This document shows, piece after piece, positions 48,601-62,668 of a stretch of DNA of 64,000 nt. The translations under genes were made by a program, and so were the position numbers. The stretch is from Isurus oxyrinchus (Eukaryota), in the NCBI GenBank assembly GCA_026770705.1, contig JANJGN010000027.1:28086001-28150000 (forward strand), given 5' to 3'. How positions within the stretch are numbered: position 1 is the first letter of the stretch; each line of letters opens with the position of its first letter. The notes beneath the pieces are model-generated. The model saw only the letters and a program-made list of their open reading frames with translations. It was not told where the DNA came from and made no database searches.

Positions 48601-51600
48601 AGTTATTTCCAATAACGCCAGTTTTGCAATGGGCACCCCTGAGGCATTGAGACATTCCATTTAAAAAAAAAATTCTATGCTTAAATTCGTGATTAAAAAC
48701 TTATTAAATGCTGCTTAGTACCGTGACTCTGCCTCATTCTGAAATGAACAGATAGCACCAACAACACACAGTCATTAGCTTTTAACAGGTCCGTCAATAC
48801 TGCAGTTTCTCTGTAATAATCTCTATTATCTATAGATTAGAAATTCTATCCCGAACGGCCACGGGTTGTGTTGATAATTTTACCTAACCATTCAATCACA
48901 TTTTTATTTTAAGCACAAAATAAGGGGGCGAGGTCGTCTCTCTGAAGCAAGATTAGAACGGGAGAGTGCTTTAGCAATAACACAGTGCCCAGAATGTAAG
49001 TTCTACCAAACAATTTAAGGAGTCGATTATTTGTTTGATCAGTGCTGCGCACGTTTGACCCTCCACACCACGTTTTCCGCATGATTGAAAAAAAAGCTTT
49101 TATGCGGGCACCTTTGGGAGATCGGTATGTGAATACTTTAAATCGAGTTAAAATAACCTTCAGTTTATGAACAAATGCCAGGAGCCCTCCCCAGAGTGAG
49201 TTTACAGTCGGAGAGACAGTAGCAAATATTGAACGAGAAGATATTGTGACTGCTTTTGTAAATAGTCGCTATCTGGGGAAACTGGCATTTAGGAATATCT
49301 CGCAAGCTTTCCCTCTAGCCACACGAACATCAAATATTATGACCGTACACCATGAATATTAACTTGCCCGCTGTTGAAAAAACTTCGACCAATTTCCGTT
49401 GAAGATGCTCGGAGAATTCAACATGTGGGTCCAGTATTTTCACCCAAGGAGTAGCCCGTTAATTTTAGAATAAAGACGATGCCATAATTGAAATGCTTGT
49501 ATTTTAATAGCAGAGAGCTCAAAAAAAAACAGACAGATACCAACCCAGCATCTTGTTCAGAGTTACTGAAATCTAGATGAAAAAGTTGACCTTCACACGT
49601 TTAAATGCAGGAATCGCTGTCGTTCTCACCTGGAAAATGTTTACGCGGCACCAGCAGGACTTTCACATCATAAATTATTTTAAGCTAACATCCATTGGGA
49701 GATTTAGCACTTTTTTGCTGATACGGCGTGATCACAAAATCCACCTGCATAATAAAGCTTAATTTTTAACTAAACAAGAGAAAAAAAATGCACCACTGGT
49801 CAGAGGCGAGAACCATCTCTGCCAAACGTGACCGGTTATCTGCGATTGTTGACATTCCTCACAAAAACTCCCTTTTCCCCCTGCCCCATTTTCTCCATCT
49901 TTAAATGACCTTTAATCTCCGGACCCAAAGCGTCCGAAACTGCACAGAATCCAATAGTGACCCCGGAGAAGCAAAGCGTCTGACCACAGCTGTTGGGCAT
50001 TCTCAGGAAGGCCTGTTTCCTTGGTGTTTTTCCTGATATATAATGGAACTCCTGCCCGCATTATTAGTTATCGATTTTAAATACGGGTGGGGTGATTTAT
50101 AATAAGGTTCGGAGCTAAAAATAAAACGACTTGGGTTGCTTTAGTGTCTGGTGTCCCATGCATTACTTTGAACCGCACGAATCAGTGATGCAGAGAAAAA
50201 GACTAAATATGAGGGGAGGGGCGTGGGGGGGGGGGGGGGGGTGGCGAGGAGGGGGGATATTTTCAACCTAAATTTCCGCAAGAAACTCCCCCAGGATTTT
50301 TGTTTGCTTGTTTTCATGTCAACATTTCACACGTTTGATCCTCGGCACATAAACCACAATGGCCCCGTCCCTGAGTTTCGGTAAAAAGAGATGTGAATTT
50401 AATCGGGTTTGATATGAATGAATATCGTATCCGCCCGTTCACTTAAAGCTACCGGTTCTAGTTGCCAGTTTCAGGCGGATTTCATGGATTAGTAGGAAGG
50501 AGTAAAAGGAATAGAATCAACCCTTACAATTGTATAAGTATCACATTCCATAATGCTGTATATTGTAATGAAGGTGTATACAGTAAAGAGATACTTCCAC
50601 TAAAAACGAGAGCCACCAGGTTTGGGTTGAACAGAAAGTCTAAAAGGCAAAGCCCAGTGTTGTAAGACCCTATTTGTGTATTTAACTCACAAATACTTCT
50701 TGAAATCTAATACGGCTTGGCAATATTTGGTTTCGTCCCCTCTTTCTGCAGCTAATCCCTCCCAGTTTTAAAACAACCATCATTGGGTGTACTGCTTTAT
50801 TCTAAGTTGTCTGCGCTATTGTCTGACGTGATGATTTTTTTTCCCTCTCCCTCTGAGGATGCTCAGGGTTTCTGACAGCCACACTCTGCGTCAGTTTGCA
50901 GCCTGCATCACCGGCGGGCCCGCCTTGACGTTACTGGCCTCACAGCAAGGAGGGGTCCGAAGGTTCATCTATTGCTCATTTATAACTGCCCCAAAAGCTA
51001 AGCCTTTAACAAACAAGAGTCAAAGGAAAGGCGGCGACCAGGGGGTCCTCATACCTGGCCTTGTCAGCCTGTCTGAGCTAGGGATTTACTTGCAACTAAA
51101 TTGATGCCCTCTGTGGGGTCCCGGGATTGGGAGAGGCTTACTGACTTGGGAAGCGATAGGGCACAAGGCGTGTTTTATAAGGCAAATTGAACGTCCGCCT
51201 GTTTTTGCTAAGAGATAAGGCTAGATTGGAGATTTATTTGCCTGGTGTTTTGGTTTGCAATGTCATCCAATGTCCAAACATTAAGAGTCCCGAAAGGACA
51301 ATACGCCGATCAACTGAGGAATCTGCTCGACACCCCGAACACCCAATGTACAGGTAGGAAAGAAACAAGGTTTCTGGGTAGAAAACCAATTATCCAATCC
51401 GTCCAGGAACGCTGGATTCAAGCAGATTGTTTATAAAGTCAGGTCGTATTTACCTCTCTCCATCTCTCAGTGATGAATTGTTGTGCGGGGTGCGGGGTGA
51501 TGGGGGAGCTGAGGGGGACTAGAGGTTGAAAGGTAATTAGCATAGTTTGTCCTTCGTTAATCTCCTTTAATTCCGGCATTCCAAACAGGGTCACTGGGAT

Positions 51601-51971
51601 GTAAAAACAACAATTACACAATATTCTTGATCTAGTTATGACGTGTCGAGGAAAAGGTTAATACAAAGATCAGATCTGCATCAACAGAAATTATTTTTTT
51701 TTGCTTCTAAGCTGCTTCTCTCGCTGGCGTCTTTTCGGCCCATCGATTGAAATTCCTTGTGACTAACCCGCATTTAGAATCCGCCCCGGTGGATCATGAA
51801 TCATTTTCTGAATCGCGAATAGCGATTTGGAAACCTCATAAGCCCCATCAAATGGGTAAAAATCACATGGGTAAAAATCCACAAACACCCGTTTCTTTAG
51901 TAACCTGAGACGCTAAGTGGCGATAGAACTTTTCTGCTGTCAGTTAGGACGCGGATAACTCCGTTTATTGA

Positions 51972-52340
<369 letters not shown>

Positions 52341-53840
52341 TGAGCTTTGGGCGCGGAATTAAAGTTGATAATAGTTCCTATGCGAAAGTCTGGCATCTGC
52401 CCAAAAGGTCAAGTTAGCCCCTTACATGGCCAGAAAAATGGATTCTCGAATAATCCAGAGAAATTGTGAAAGGTGAAGGGTTCGCCAAGTCCTTAAGACA
52501 AACACAATCAGGCACACCTGATCCCGAATTGTCCAAAGAACCAAATCATTTCCCATTCATTTCCGATGCTGCGGATCAATGTGCGGATGCAGCCGGCTAA
52601 CTGGATTTCAGCAGTCGGATCGAAGCACACTCTCTACGTTGCTCTCCCTATCATTCATTGTTTTATTACCCTGGACGCTGAATATAGTCACTTCAACACA
52701 CTCAATCCCCCCACTACATTCCATGTCATGCTCTTTTTTTTTTGATTTAGAGCCTGTTGGACACTAAGTAATTAAAATCATTGACGGATAATATTACACG
52801 CCGGGCATTTGATATTTATGATCACTCTATAAATCTAGATCCGAGCATGACAGCCATTGGCCATGTAATTCAGCGGAGCCCAGAGTGCTAAAGTAATGTA
52901 GGAAATGCAGAGGAAGAGTAAACAGCATGAGAATCGTGTAAGATCTCAAGGAAATTCGTTTTTTTTTAGATCATTTAGCAACCAATTCCAAAGCTGTCTG
53001 TTGTCGCAATCATTTGGACATGCTGCAAGTGAATAACGGCGGACATCTGTTATTAACCCTGCGTTATAAATGAGAGAACAGAATTAGTCTGAAGCTTATA
53101 ATATTTTGGCGTGTTCTCTAAAGTAATTACGTTCAATCTAGAAATTAGGCCCTCATGAATACCTAGCAACTATTCCGATTTGTTTTATCTCTTGGAGCAA
53201 GATACATGTACACGTTTGTTGAAGTTACAGGGGTCAGAAATGAGTTGACATGAACCATTCTATCGTCACGACAATCGAGTTTCAGGGAGCAATGAACATT
53301 GGAACTTGAAGATAACTTTTTTTGAACGTTGTTACGATCTGGAATGGGCTGCCTGAAGCAGATGGGGCGGTGGAAGCAGATTCAATCATAACTTTCAAAG
53401 GGAATTGGATAAATATTTGAAAAGGTGGGTGGGGGTGGGGGTGGGGATGTTAGGCCTATGGGGAAAGGGCAGGCGGGTGGAGACCCTTGTCAAGGAGCAG
53501 ACACAGGTGTGATGAGCTCCTGTGATTTTATAATTTATACACTGTGATTTACATTTAGATTCAATTTTACTCCGAAACAGTCTCTTTTCCGTTCATTTGT
53601 GACAGCATCACATACAATTATTACCAAAGGATTCTCATTACGCGTACAGGTTAGACCACGTGAACCTGAAGTAGTTGGACTTGTCTCGGGTAAAATTTGA
53701 TTGGGAATTTAACATTTGTATTTCGAGTGAAATAACACCTGAACGTAAAGGAGTCTGTTTAACCGATCACTTGTTTCATAAACACACGTTAAACACACGC
53801 GCGCCAGCCTACAAATAATAGTGTTTCCTTTCTGATCTAG

Positions 53841-54404
<564 letters not shown>

Positions 54405-55232
54405 GCCTGATGGTTATTTTTAAAAGCAAAACCGGTTTAACCCTAAAGATATGACCTTTGACCCATCAATGTACACCACCGGCCCCTTGACAGTGCTGGT
54501 TAAAATGATACCTGTTCAATTGAGAGGACACATTTCCATTTCACATGGACGGGTTTTAGAAAGCTTTCATAAAAGAGTGTTATACTCGTAACTATTGCAG
54601 ATAAATATTTGTTAATCAAGTTGACATACAATTCAAAATATGCATGACCGTTACAATCAGCCTCCTCGGTTGTAATGCGGAATCTGCTGTATATAATGAA
54701 CTTTTTTTTTGTTTTCCTTTTGTATGTGAAATAATTATCTATAAAGTAGTGTTTTTAAGAGTTAAAGAAAGCATGTCCTCTAACAGCATACCTATGATCA
54801 CTTGACTTGCGCCTTGGTTAGTAGATTAGGAATGTAAAGACTGACTGCTGTGAATTATTCACTGTTGTATACCCTTACACAGTGTCCCTCATTTATCCCT
54901 GTATGATCCATCAAAATGTCTCATTTTTTCCCTTTTAACAATAGACCTTTTATGATAGTTTTTCTTTCAGCGCAACAGCAGGCGTTAACCAAAAGTCCAC
55001 ACCCCATCAATACATCCCCACTTGTGATCTTAGATTTGCTGCAGATTAATATACTCATTCTCTGTGGGGTCTTTCCTTAATTTGTCGAGTTCTTAGTATT
55101 TGTAACGGTTTGGCTCCTGGCTTGACGCTGACAGCTATGGCATTTCTCATTCTAATCTATTGTGCGCAACATTCTCCAAGAAGGCCAAAGTTTACAGACA
55201 AGACAGCTTGATTTGCACTCTGGCTAATGCTT

Positions 55233-55238
55233 AATAAA
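55233..55238 (+). terminator. Candidate PITX3 polyadenylation signal
   Basis: First AATAAA noticed after the stop codon, followed by GT-rich sequence (tgtctgtgt); a second AATAAA lies near 55369. Confidence 0.45.
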
Positions 55239-56504
55239 CAGATTCTACAATGTCTGTGTACGCTATCTTATTCTCGAGAGCCCGTGCCACGCCGAGGGAG
55301 TGTAGATCTGGCTTCCTTTTTGTTTTCGAAATGTCCAAATAGGTATTTGGAAATTAATAAGTTGAGTTAATAAACGATACGAATTTTCCCGGTCGCTGTG
55401 CGTAGCGACATCGTAAAGAAACTTAAAAAGCCTGACGGCGCACAAGGACGCCTTTCGGCCCATCTTGCCCGTGTTAATGTAACATTTTCCACCATGGAGG
55501 GATTATTAGTCCCAGAAGAAGACATAAAAGACACTGACATAAAACCCTTGCATCTAAATTTCATTCCTGCGACAGTCCTTTAGGATCATTTGTAAAATGT
55601 TATCGAGATCCGTTCTGCTAACTTTTGGAGTTTTGCAAGGTATTGGGCAATGTTAAGGGTTTAATTCTCTGAAAATCTCTCCCTGTTGTCTGCATTGAAG
55701 TAAAAGGACGCCGAATATTACTACATGTCTAAATATTTCCGACAAACCCACGCCAGCTTGTGTCAATTGCAAACTGCAAATTCTGTGCAAGGCAGTATCA
55801 TTATGTGTTGTGCTGATTTCCACCTGTCCACAGCAAGTTTGATAGGTTCAGGGAGTTGTGTCGGGAATTACATTAAGGATCAGGTGTCTTGTTTTAAAGA
55901 TTAGGTGTGAGCATAGTACATTACATAGGATTGCAAGGTGAACATTCCCAAGTATGAATAATGTACTTATAACAAGCACCTTAGCACTTCGTCGTGTCAT
56001 TGAAATGGGCTCCGTTAAAACATTTATGTTCAGAAAAATAAAGATGAAAAAAAGACTAAAGACTGAACCTGACTCTCTAAACATGGAAGTACATGTGTTG
56101 AATTTGACGGAAGCGTCATTTTCTGAACGTAATTGCTACTGAAATAATTTGTTAGTTTGGACATGTATCTAAAGTATGAATTTTCGATATTTGGCTGAAT
56201 TCGTGCATGAAGTGGTATTCATTTTAGTTAATTTTATAATTCATAAATATTTCCTCTCATGAGAGATCAAACATAAACTTCCTCCGAACGTCAACACTAT
56301 TATTGTTGATGACCGCACTGTAATTGGTCTGAATCCTGGGAACACTGTGCAAAATCAGTTCTGCTTCTTCTTCACATCGAAACTAGGCCAAAATAGAACA
56401 GCATCTCAAACATAAACTGAAAGAATCTAGAAATGAAGCGGTACAGCCCCGAGTGATAAAGAAAGCTTGACCTCAAGCTGAAAAATTCCGCTGTTGCGGA
56501 AAAT

Positions 56505-56830
56505 AAACACTGGTATTTATAAAGCGCCTTGTCGCATCCTCAAAAAAGACATTCCTAAATATGTCCCCTAACATTTCGAATGGAATGCATTGGGAGGAAG
56601 CCCCATTGGGCTTTCTGTGAATAACAGGATCCCACTGACACCAATGAGATGAGTAATCGTTTGATCAGTTACTGGTGCTGTGAGTCGGGGGACACGAAGA
56701 AAACTCTCTCTGAATAGTGCCTCCGGATCATTAATATTCACCTGGTCCACTGAAAGACGGCACTTCCGACAATGCAGCACTTCCCCCGGTGCTGCAGTGG
56801 AGCGTTAGCCTGGACTATATCTTTAGGCCT
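56505..56830 (-). mobile_element. Deu-domain SINE, decayed
   Basis: gtatttataaagcgcct...gaaagacggcacttccgacaatgcagcacttccc...agcctgga. Confidence 0.65.
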
Positions 56831-57675
56831 TGCTCTCTGACACACCTTCTGCCTTGAGACTTGTTTGCAAGTCACTGGAAATTTCGCCCCGCAGTTCATG
56901 ACCCCATGGGAACCTTTCATTAAATTCCCGCCATATAATTACTGAAAAGCAGGGATTATCATTTATTCTCTCAGCTCCAAGGTATGCTTTTACCGTGTCA
57001 TGTTATCTTCATTTTCTCCCCATATCTACGACAATTCAGAACTCCTCGAATCATTTGGAACCGATAATAATCTGTGAAGTTGCCTGAGGTTTTGTTAGGT
57101 CTCAGCGTTTTGATGACTTGGGTAAAAATTACATTTTTTTTTCACAGAGAAGCCCTAATTGAACATGACACCAAAATCCTTATTTACTCAAAGCCTCCAG
57201 GCTTGATTGGGTGTTTAGTGTTGCACTGAAAGGTCACAATGCCCCAGTTGTACTGTCAGTACCAGTATACCAGCACCACCTATGAGAAGGTTGGCAGTTG
57301 TGTACTGTAGTAACGCTTTTGCATCGTTCAGAATGGACATAAGCAGAGTGGATAAGCGCTCGGTTCACTGGCTCCGACTCCCGCTGACATTCGGATCATT
57401 GGAAATGTGAAACTGAAGCGCCGGAGTTCCTTTTAAAACTTAAGTTTTTAACTATACATAATCGCCTTGAATTAGTTTAAACCCGGTTGCAGTTGTTCTG
57501 TTGCTGAATCCACAGCATCGGCGGATCGAAACCTCTTATTTCAGGTGCTTATGTTTTTGCCCAGCGAGAAGCTGGTGTGCGATGCAGTTACATGCCCATC
57601 TTGCGCCATTGAGATTATATAGTACAGATCCAGGGTGTGCAGCAAAGGGTAAGATGTGTGTGCTGCTGGTCAGTA

Positions 57676-57868
57676 ATAAAAACAGAAAATGTTGGGAACA
57701 CTCAGCAGGTTAGGCAGCATCTGTGGAGCGCGAAACTGAAGTAAATCTTTCAGGTCGTTTCGTCCGAAGCCGTATGTCTATTTCTCTCTCCGCAGATGCT
57801 GGCGGACCGGCTGAGTTTCCAGCATTTTCTGTTTTTATTTCAGAGTTCCAGCACCCGCAGGATTTTGC
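57676..57868. mobile_element. Palindromic copy of the same family
   Basis: Long inverted arms taaaaacagaaaatg...cagcatctgtggag and ctccgcagatgctg...cattttctgttttta. Confidence 0.72.
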
Positions 57869-58329
57869 CTTGTGCACATCACTATTAGGGGTGTAGTTTA
57901 GCAGTTTTTACTAGAACAGGATTACTGATGATGATGGAGGTCGGAGCAAGGGAGGAACTCCAGCGCGGGCCCCTACATTAGAAACTTGAAAGTGGTCCAA
58001 CAGACTGCGGAGAAGGTTCTGGCGAAGTCTACACATCCAAAAGATTAACTTGTCTTTTCCCTTTATTGAGAGCTGATGCAATTTGCAACATTTTTTAGTT
58101 TCTGGTCCAGTCGACTTATTATTTTTAAAGATTTTAGAAGTTACGCATGTTAAAGATGGGCACTTACACGGGTGGTAACAATTATTGTGAAGCTAAAGTA
58201 GCTGTGATTGCACTAGCGTCATAACAATTTTCAACTGTCGTTGGACTATCGCCTTCAATCTCCTCTCAGTCGCTTCAGTCTGGCTGCAAATCCTTGGGTT
58301 AACAGAACGCCCGGGCAACATGTTCAATA

Positions 58330-58890
58330 ATGGAATTATAAACCGCAGCATGAGGCTATTCGGCCCACCGTGCCTGTACCGGCTCTTTGAAAGAGCTATC
58401 CAATAAGTCTCAGTCTCCTGCTCTTTCCCCGTGATCCTGCAACCTCCCCCGTCAAACACCTCCCCCCCCGCCCCCCCCCCCCCCCCCCCCCCGCCCCTTA
58501 AGTATTTATCCAATTCCCTTTCGAAAGTTATTCTGGAATCTGCTGCCGCCGCCCTTACAGGGAGCGCTTTCAAGAGCACAACTCCCTGTGTAAAATAAGT
58601 TTCCTCCTACCGGAATTGGTTCTTTTCCAATTCCTTAAATCTGTGTCCTCCGGTTATGGATCTTTCAGCCACTGGAAACAGTTTCACCATACTTACCATA
58701 TTAGAGTCCTTGATGATTTTGAGCCTTTTATATTAAACCTCCTCTTAAAATTCACTGTTTCAGGTAGAACAACACCAGTTCCCCAGTCGCTCCACATACG
58801 GAAGTCATCTCTGGTGCCATTCCAGTCAATCTCCTCTGTATCCTCCCCAAGACTCTTACATCCTTCCTAAATTGTGGTGATCAGGACTGG
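58330..58890 (-). mobile_element. CR1 LINE 3' region
   Basis: Minus-strand peptide AAADSRITFERELDKYL and CR1 tail. Similar CR1 3' fragments lie at about 10340-10560 (-), 11815-11890 (+), 27255-27405 (+), 36770-36980 (-), 53260-53530 (+) and 60390-60780 (-). Confidence 0.75.
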
Positions 58891-59324
58891 AGAGTTTTAA
58901 AAAAATTCTTTCATGGGATAATGGGTTTCGCTGGCAAGACCAGCATTTATTGCCCATCCCGAATTGCCCTTGAGAAGATGGCGATGAATACTCTAGCTGA
59001 GGCCTAACCAGTCTTTTGCTTTTGTGTCCCATGCCTCTGCATATCTGTTTCGAGGTGGCTGTATTTAAAATATCCCTGGATCAGTTGACAAAGAATGTAA
59101 ATGGGAACCAGTAGGTTCCAGGTTCTATTCATCTCAGTCAGGCCTGCAGAAAGGATAATACAATTGTCCTCAGGACCCTTGGGGAGAGGTGGGGAAATGA
59201 AAACAGGGTTCTCCTCCTTGCAATTAATTAGAGCCCCTTGCTGGTAAGAGGACATGTGGAAAACAGGCGAGAGAGAGAGAGAAATAAGTCTTGCAAACAG
59301 CCTGGACATATCAAAACACTTAAC

Positions 59325-59855
59325 GAATGAAATAGCTTTTAAGTAAAGTCACTGTTGTAATGCAGGAAACTCAGTAGCCAATTAGTGCACAGCAAGCTCC
59401 CACAAACAGCAATGTGATAACGACCAAGTAATGTTTTAGTGATAAAAGCAAAAAACTGAGGATGTTGGAACTCCAAAACAAAAACAAAGATAATTGGAAA
59501 AACTCAGCAGGTCTGGCAGCGGCCATACGGACTCGAAACGTTAACTATATTCCTCTCCGCAGATGCTGCCAGACCTGCTGATTTCCAGGTATTTTTGTTT
59601 TTGTAATGTTTTTAGTGATGTGGGTTGAGGGATGAATAATGGCCAGGACATCAGGGAGAACTCCCCTTCTCTTTTCCAAAATAGTGCCATGGGATTTTTT
59701 TAACGTACACCCAACGAGACTCCATCTCATTCAAAAGACAGCACCATCTCCACACTGCACTGTCAGCTTGGAGTTTTACATTCAAGCCTTGGACATGAGA
59801 GCCTAGAATCTTGTGACTCAGAGGCAAGAGTGTTACCTGTTGAGCTATAGCTGAC
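59325..59855 (-). mobile_element. Deu-domain SINE split by the insertion at 59444-59602
   Basis: SINE sequence continues on both sides of the insertion (cacaaacagcaatgtgat... and ...ggttgagggat..tggccaggaca...atagtgccatgggat). Confidence 0.75.
59444..59602. mobile_element. Palindromic copy of the same family nested in a SINE
   Basis: Flanked by GTAATGTTTT(T)AGTGAT (59428-59443 and 59603-59619); retains ggactcGAAACGTTaact but lacks the CTGANGA half. Confidence 0.75.
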
Positions 59856-62048
59856 AGAGAGCAGGAATGGGTTTGGTTATAATGCCTCTGGAAGATGACG
59901 AATCTATCAATCACTCTCTAAACTCCTTTGTGGAGAATGTCAATTCAGCGAGACATTGGTTGGAGTCCATCATGAGCCAACATCTTGAAGAGGGAGAGAT
60001 AATGGCCAAAAAAAACAAGATGCCAACACGCCTTGTCTACTTACATTTTGTGTCTGAACGTAACTCCAGAAATGGTCTAAATAAGTTGGTGCTGGTGTCA
60101 GTGGCACAGCCCGGAATACGGGCTGTAGTTTTTTTTTAATGGTTACAAATGGCCCAGGCAAATGTTAGCAGCACAGGACATGTTAGGGCTGGGTTCTTTT
60201 CACCATACTTCACCCCCGCCCCTCTAAACTCGCTTAGTAACTTTGGGCAGAGCTCACTTTGTATAAACACGCCAAGCCCGCTAATTTTGATCAACCTTGA
60301 ACGAAAATTCATACCTAAACGTAACCTAGATAACACGTTTCGGGGCTCAACAAGACACTAAGGTACTAAAACAGTGACAGCAACAGTACGTAGCATCATG
60401 AACCTTCTGTATAATGCCATGCTGCCCACCAGGAAACATTGGGACCAGAGAGGCGATTCATCCCTTTCAGCCTGCGACCTAATTCCATACTTTATTCCGC
60501 CTTTATTATCAGATGTAAAATTAACAATTGCTCTGGCATCAAATGCCATTTGTTGAAGGGAGTTTCAACCTCGTTCACGCTTTGTGTATATAAGGTTTTT
60601 TTTCTAATCTAATTCCTGAAAGGCCGAGCTCAATTTTTTAGACTAGTTCTAGGCTTCACAGCCAGAAGAAATAGTTTCTCTCTATCTACCCGATCTACTC
60701 CCCTTAATATTTAGAAAACTTTGGTCAAATCCCGCTTTAATATTCTGACATTCTATTGAAAACAAACCTACTTTGTGTCAAAGTAACATATCTTGCTCTT
60801 TGAAAGCTTATGGCATTTATGTAAATACAGCAGGAAGTAGAATTCTAAGGGAAGAATACGTTGCAAACTATATAGTTGGCATGATTTCTACTGACTTTAC
60901 TATCCGGTATTTCTTGGTAAACTGAAATAAACTCTGAAATTAATGATGGTGTAAATTAATCTCCAATTAATGTTATTTTGAAAACCCCCTCTCTCTGTAA
61001 ATACTGATTTTAAATAAACTGATATGAATAATATGACTCGGTAAGAACGTGAGCTGAAATTACTTAAGAGTCCGATAGCATTGATCAAAATCAGTGATAG
61101 ATATTGGGGAGATATTTCCTCTGTGTGTCATGTACAATGAGATTTTAATTCTATTTATGAAGAATGAGTTTACTACTCAGCAGACAGGAAATCTGCCTCC
61201 ATTATTGTTGAGCCATTGCAATGCATTAGGCGAAGAGGTAATTTCAGGTCCCAATGCATGCTGTGTTAAATAAGTGCGGGGCAAATAAAACATTAGGGAG
61301 TGCACTTTTCCGATTAAGTAGTTTGGCAAAAAGAACCTGCCATAGGACAGAACACAATGCAACGGGCAAACGGAGCAGACGGAATTCACTGAGGAAATCG
61401 GGGATTCGCACCACGCACCGTTTTAAACGGAATGCAATCATTTCGAAGGATTGTGATCAAGCTCAGACGAGGCGCAGCTAATGCGGAGATTTACCAGCCA
61501 GTGGAAATAGAATTATTGGATTCGATTGTGCAATTGGAAAAAAAAATTAAACCTGCACTGATGTGTGTGAAACATTTAAAACAATCCTGTTTGAGGGTGC
61601 ACTGTTTGGGAGGGGTGACTACAGGGATTGAGATTCATTGCAAATCAGCACAGAATCTAAGATTTAAATCGCAACATTTATTTGTAATGGGGAAAGTGTC
61701 GGTTTGTTTACAATATTTGGTTTGTGAGTTGAATACCTAAACCAAAAGGGAGACCAGTGTTTAGGAGAGTGGAGTGGTGAGTGAAATGGACTGTGGATCC
61801 CAATCTGTCCGACCTATCAATGAATTAATTTTCCATTAAAAAGCATTCTTCTCATCTTATTTCCTTGTAAAGCTGGAGAGGGAGTGGGGGTCTCCTCGCA
61901 AGTCGCCAATTTTAACACCTCTTTAAGCCCCGCTGCTAGACAAATAAATTATTGCTCATTTCAACCGGTTTACAGTGTTTGACTAACTTGACTTTCCTCT
62001 CTAATCCCTCACTATCCGACCCAATTTGTTCCTCCTTGTCCTATATTC

Positions 62049-62668
62049 TGTGTGTGTGCGTGTCTGTCTGTGTGTATCTCTCTGTGTGTATGTGTGTGTA
62101 TGTATTTCTGTGTGTCTGTCCGTGTGTATCTCTGTGTGTATGTCTGTGTGTATGTCTCTCTGTGTGTCTGTCTCTGTGTGTATCTGTGTGTGTATGTCTC
62201 TGTGTGTCTGTCTGTATCTCTTTGTGTGTATGTCTGTGTGTGTATGTCTCTCTGTGTGTCTGTCTGTGTGTATCTCTCTGTGTGTATGTCTGTGTGTGTA
62301 TGTCTCTCTGTGTGTCTGTCTCTGTGTGTATCTCTCTGTGTGTATGTCTGTGTGTGTATGTCTCTCTGTGTGTCTGCCTGTTTGTATCTCTGTGTGTGTA
62401 TGTCTGTGTGTGTGTGTATGTCTCTTTGTGACTGTCTATCCGTGTGTGTGCGTGTCTGTCTGTGTGTATCTCTCTGTGTGTCTGTCTGTGTGTATGTCTC
62501 TCTGTGTGTCTGTCTGTGTGTATATGTCTGTGTGTATGTCTCTCTGTGTGTCTGTGTGTATCTGTGTGTGTATGTCTGTGTGTATGTATGTCTCTTTGTG
62601 ACTGTGTGTGCGTGTCTGTCTGTGTGTATCTCTGTGTGTATGTCTCTGTATCTGTGTTTGTGTGTATC
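62049..62668. repeat. Compound TG-rich micro/minisatellite
   Basis: Reiterated units such as tgtgtgtatgtctctc and tgtgtgtctgtc; this explains the cluster of low-complexity ORFs there. Confidence 0.95.

Noticed and set aside
57676-57868. Long hairpin as a miRNA precursor
   Set aside because: The arms are inverted copies of an interspersed repeat found several times in the window.
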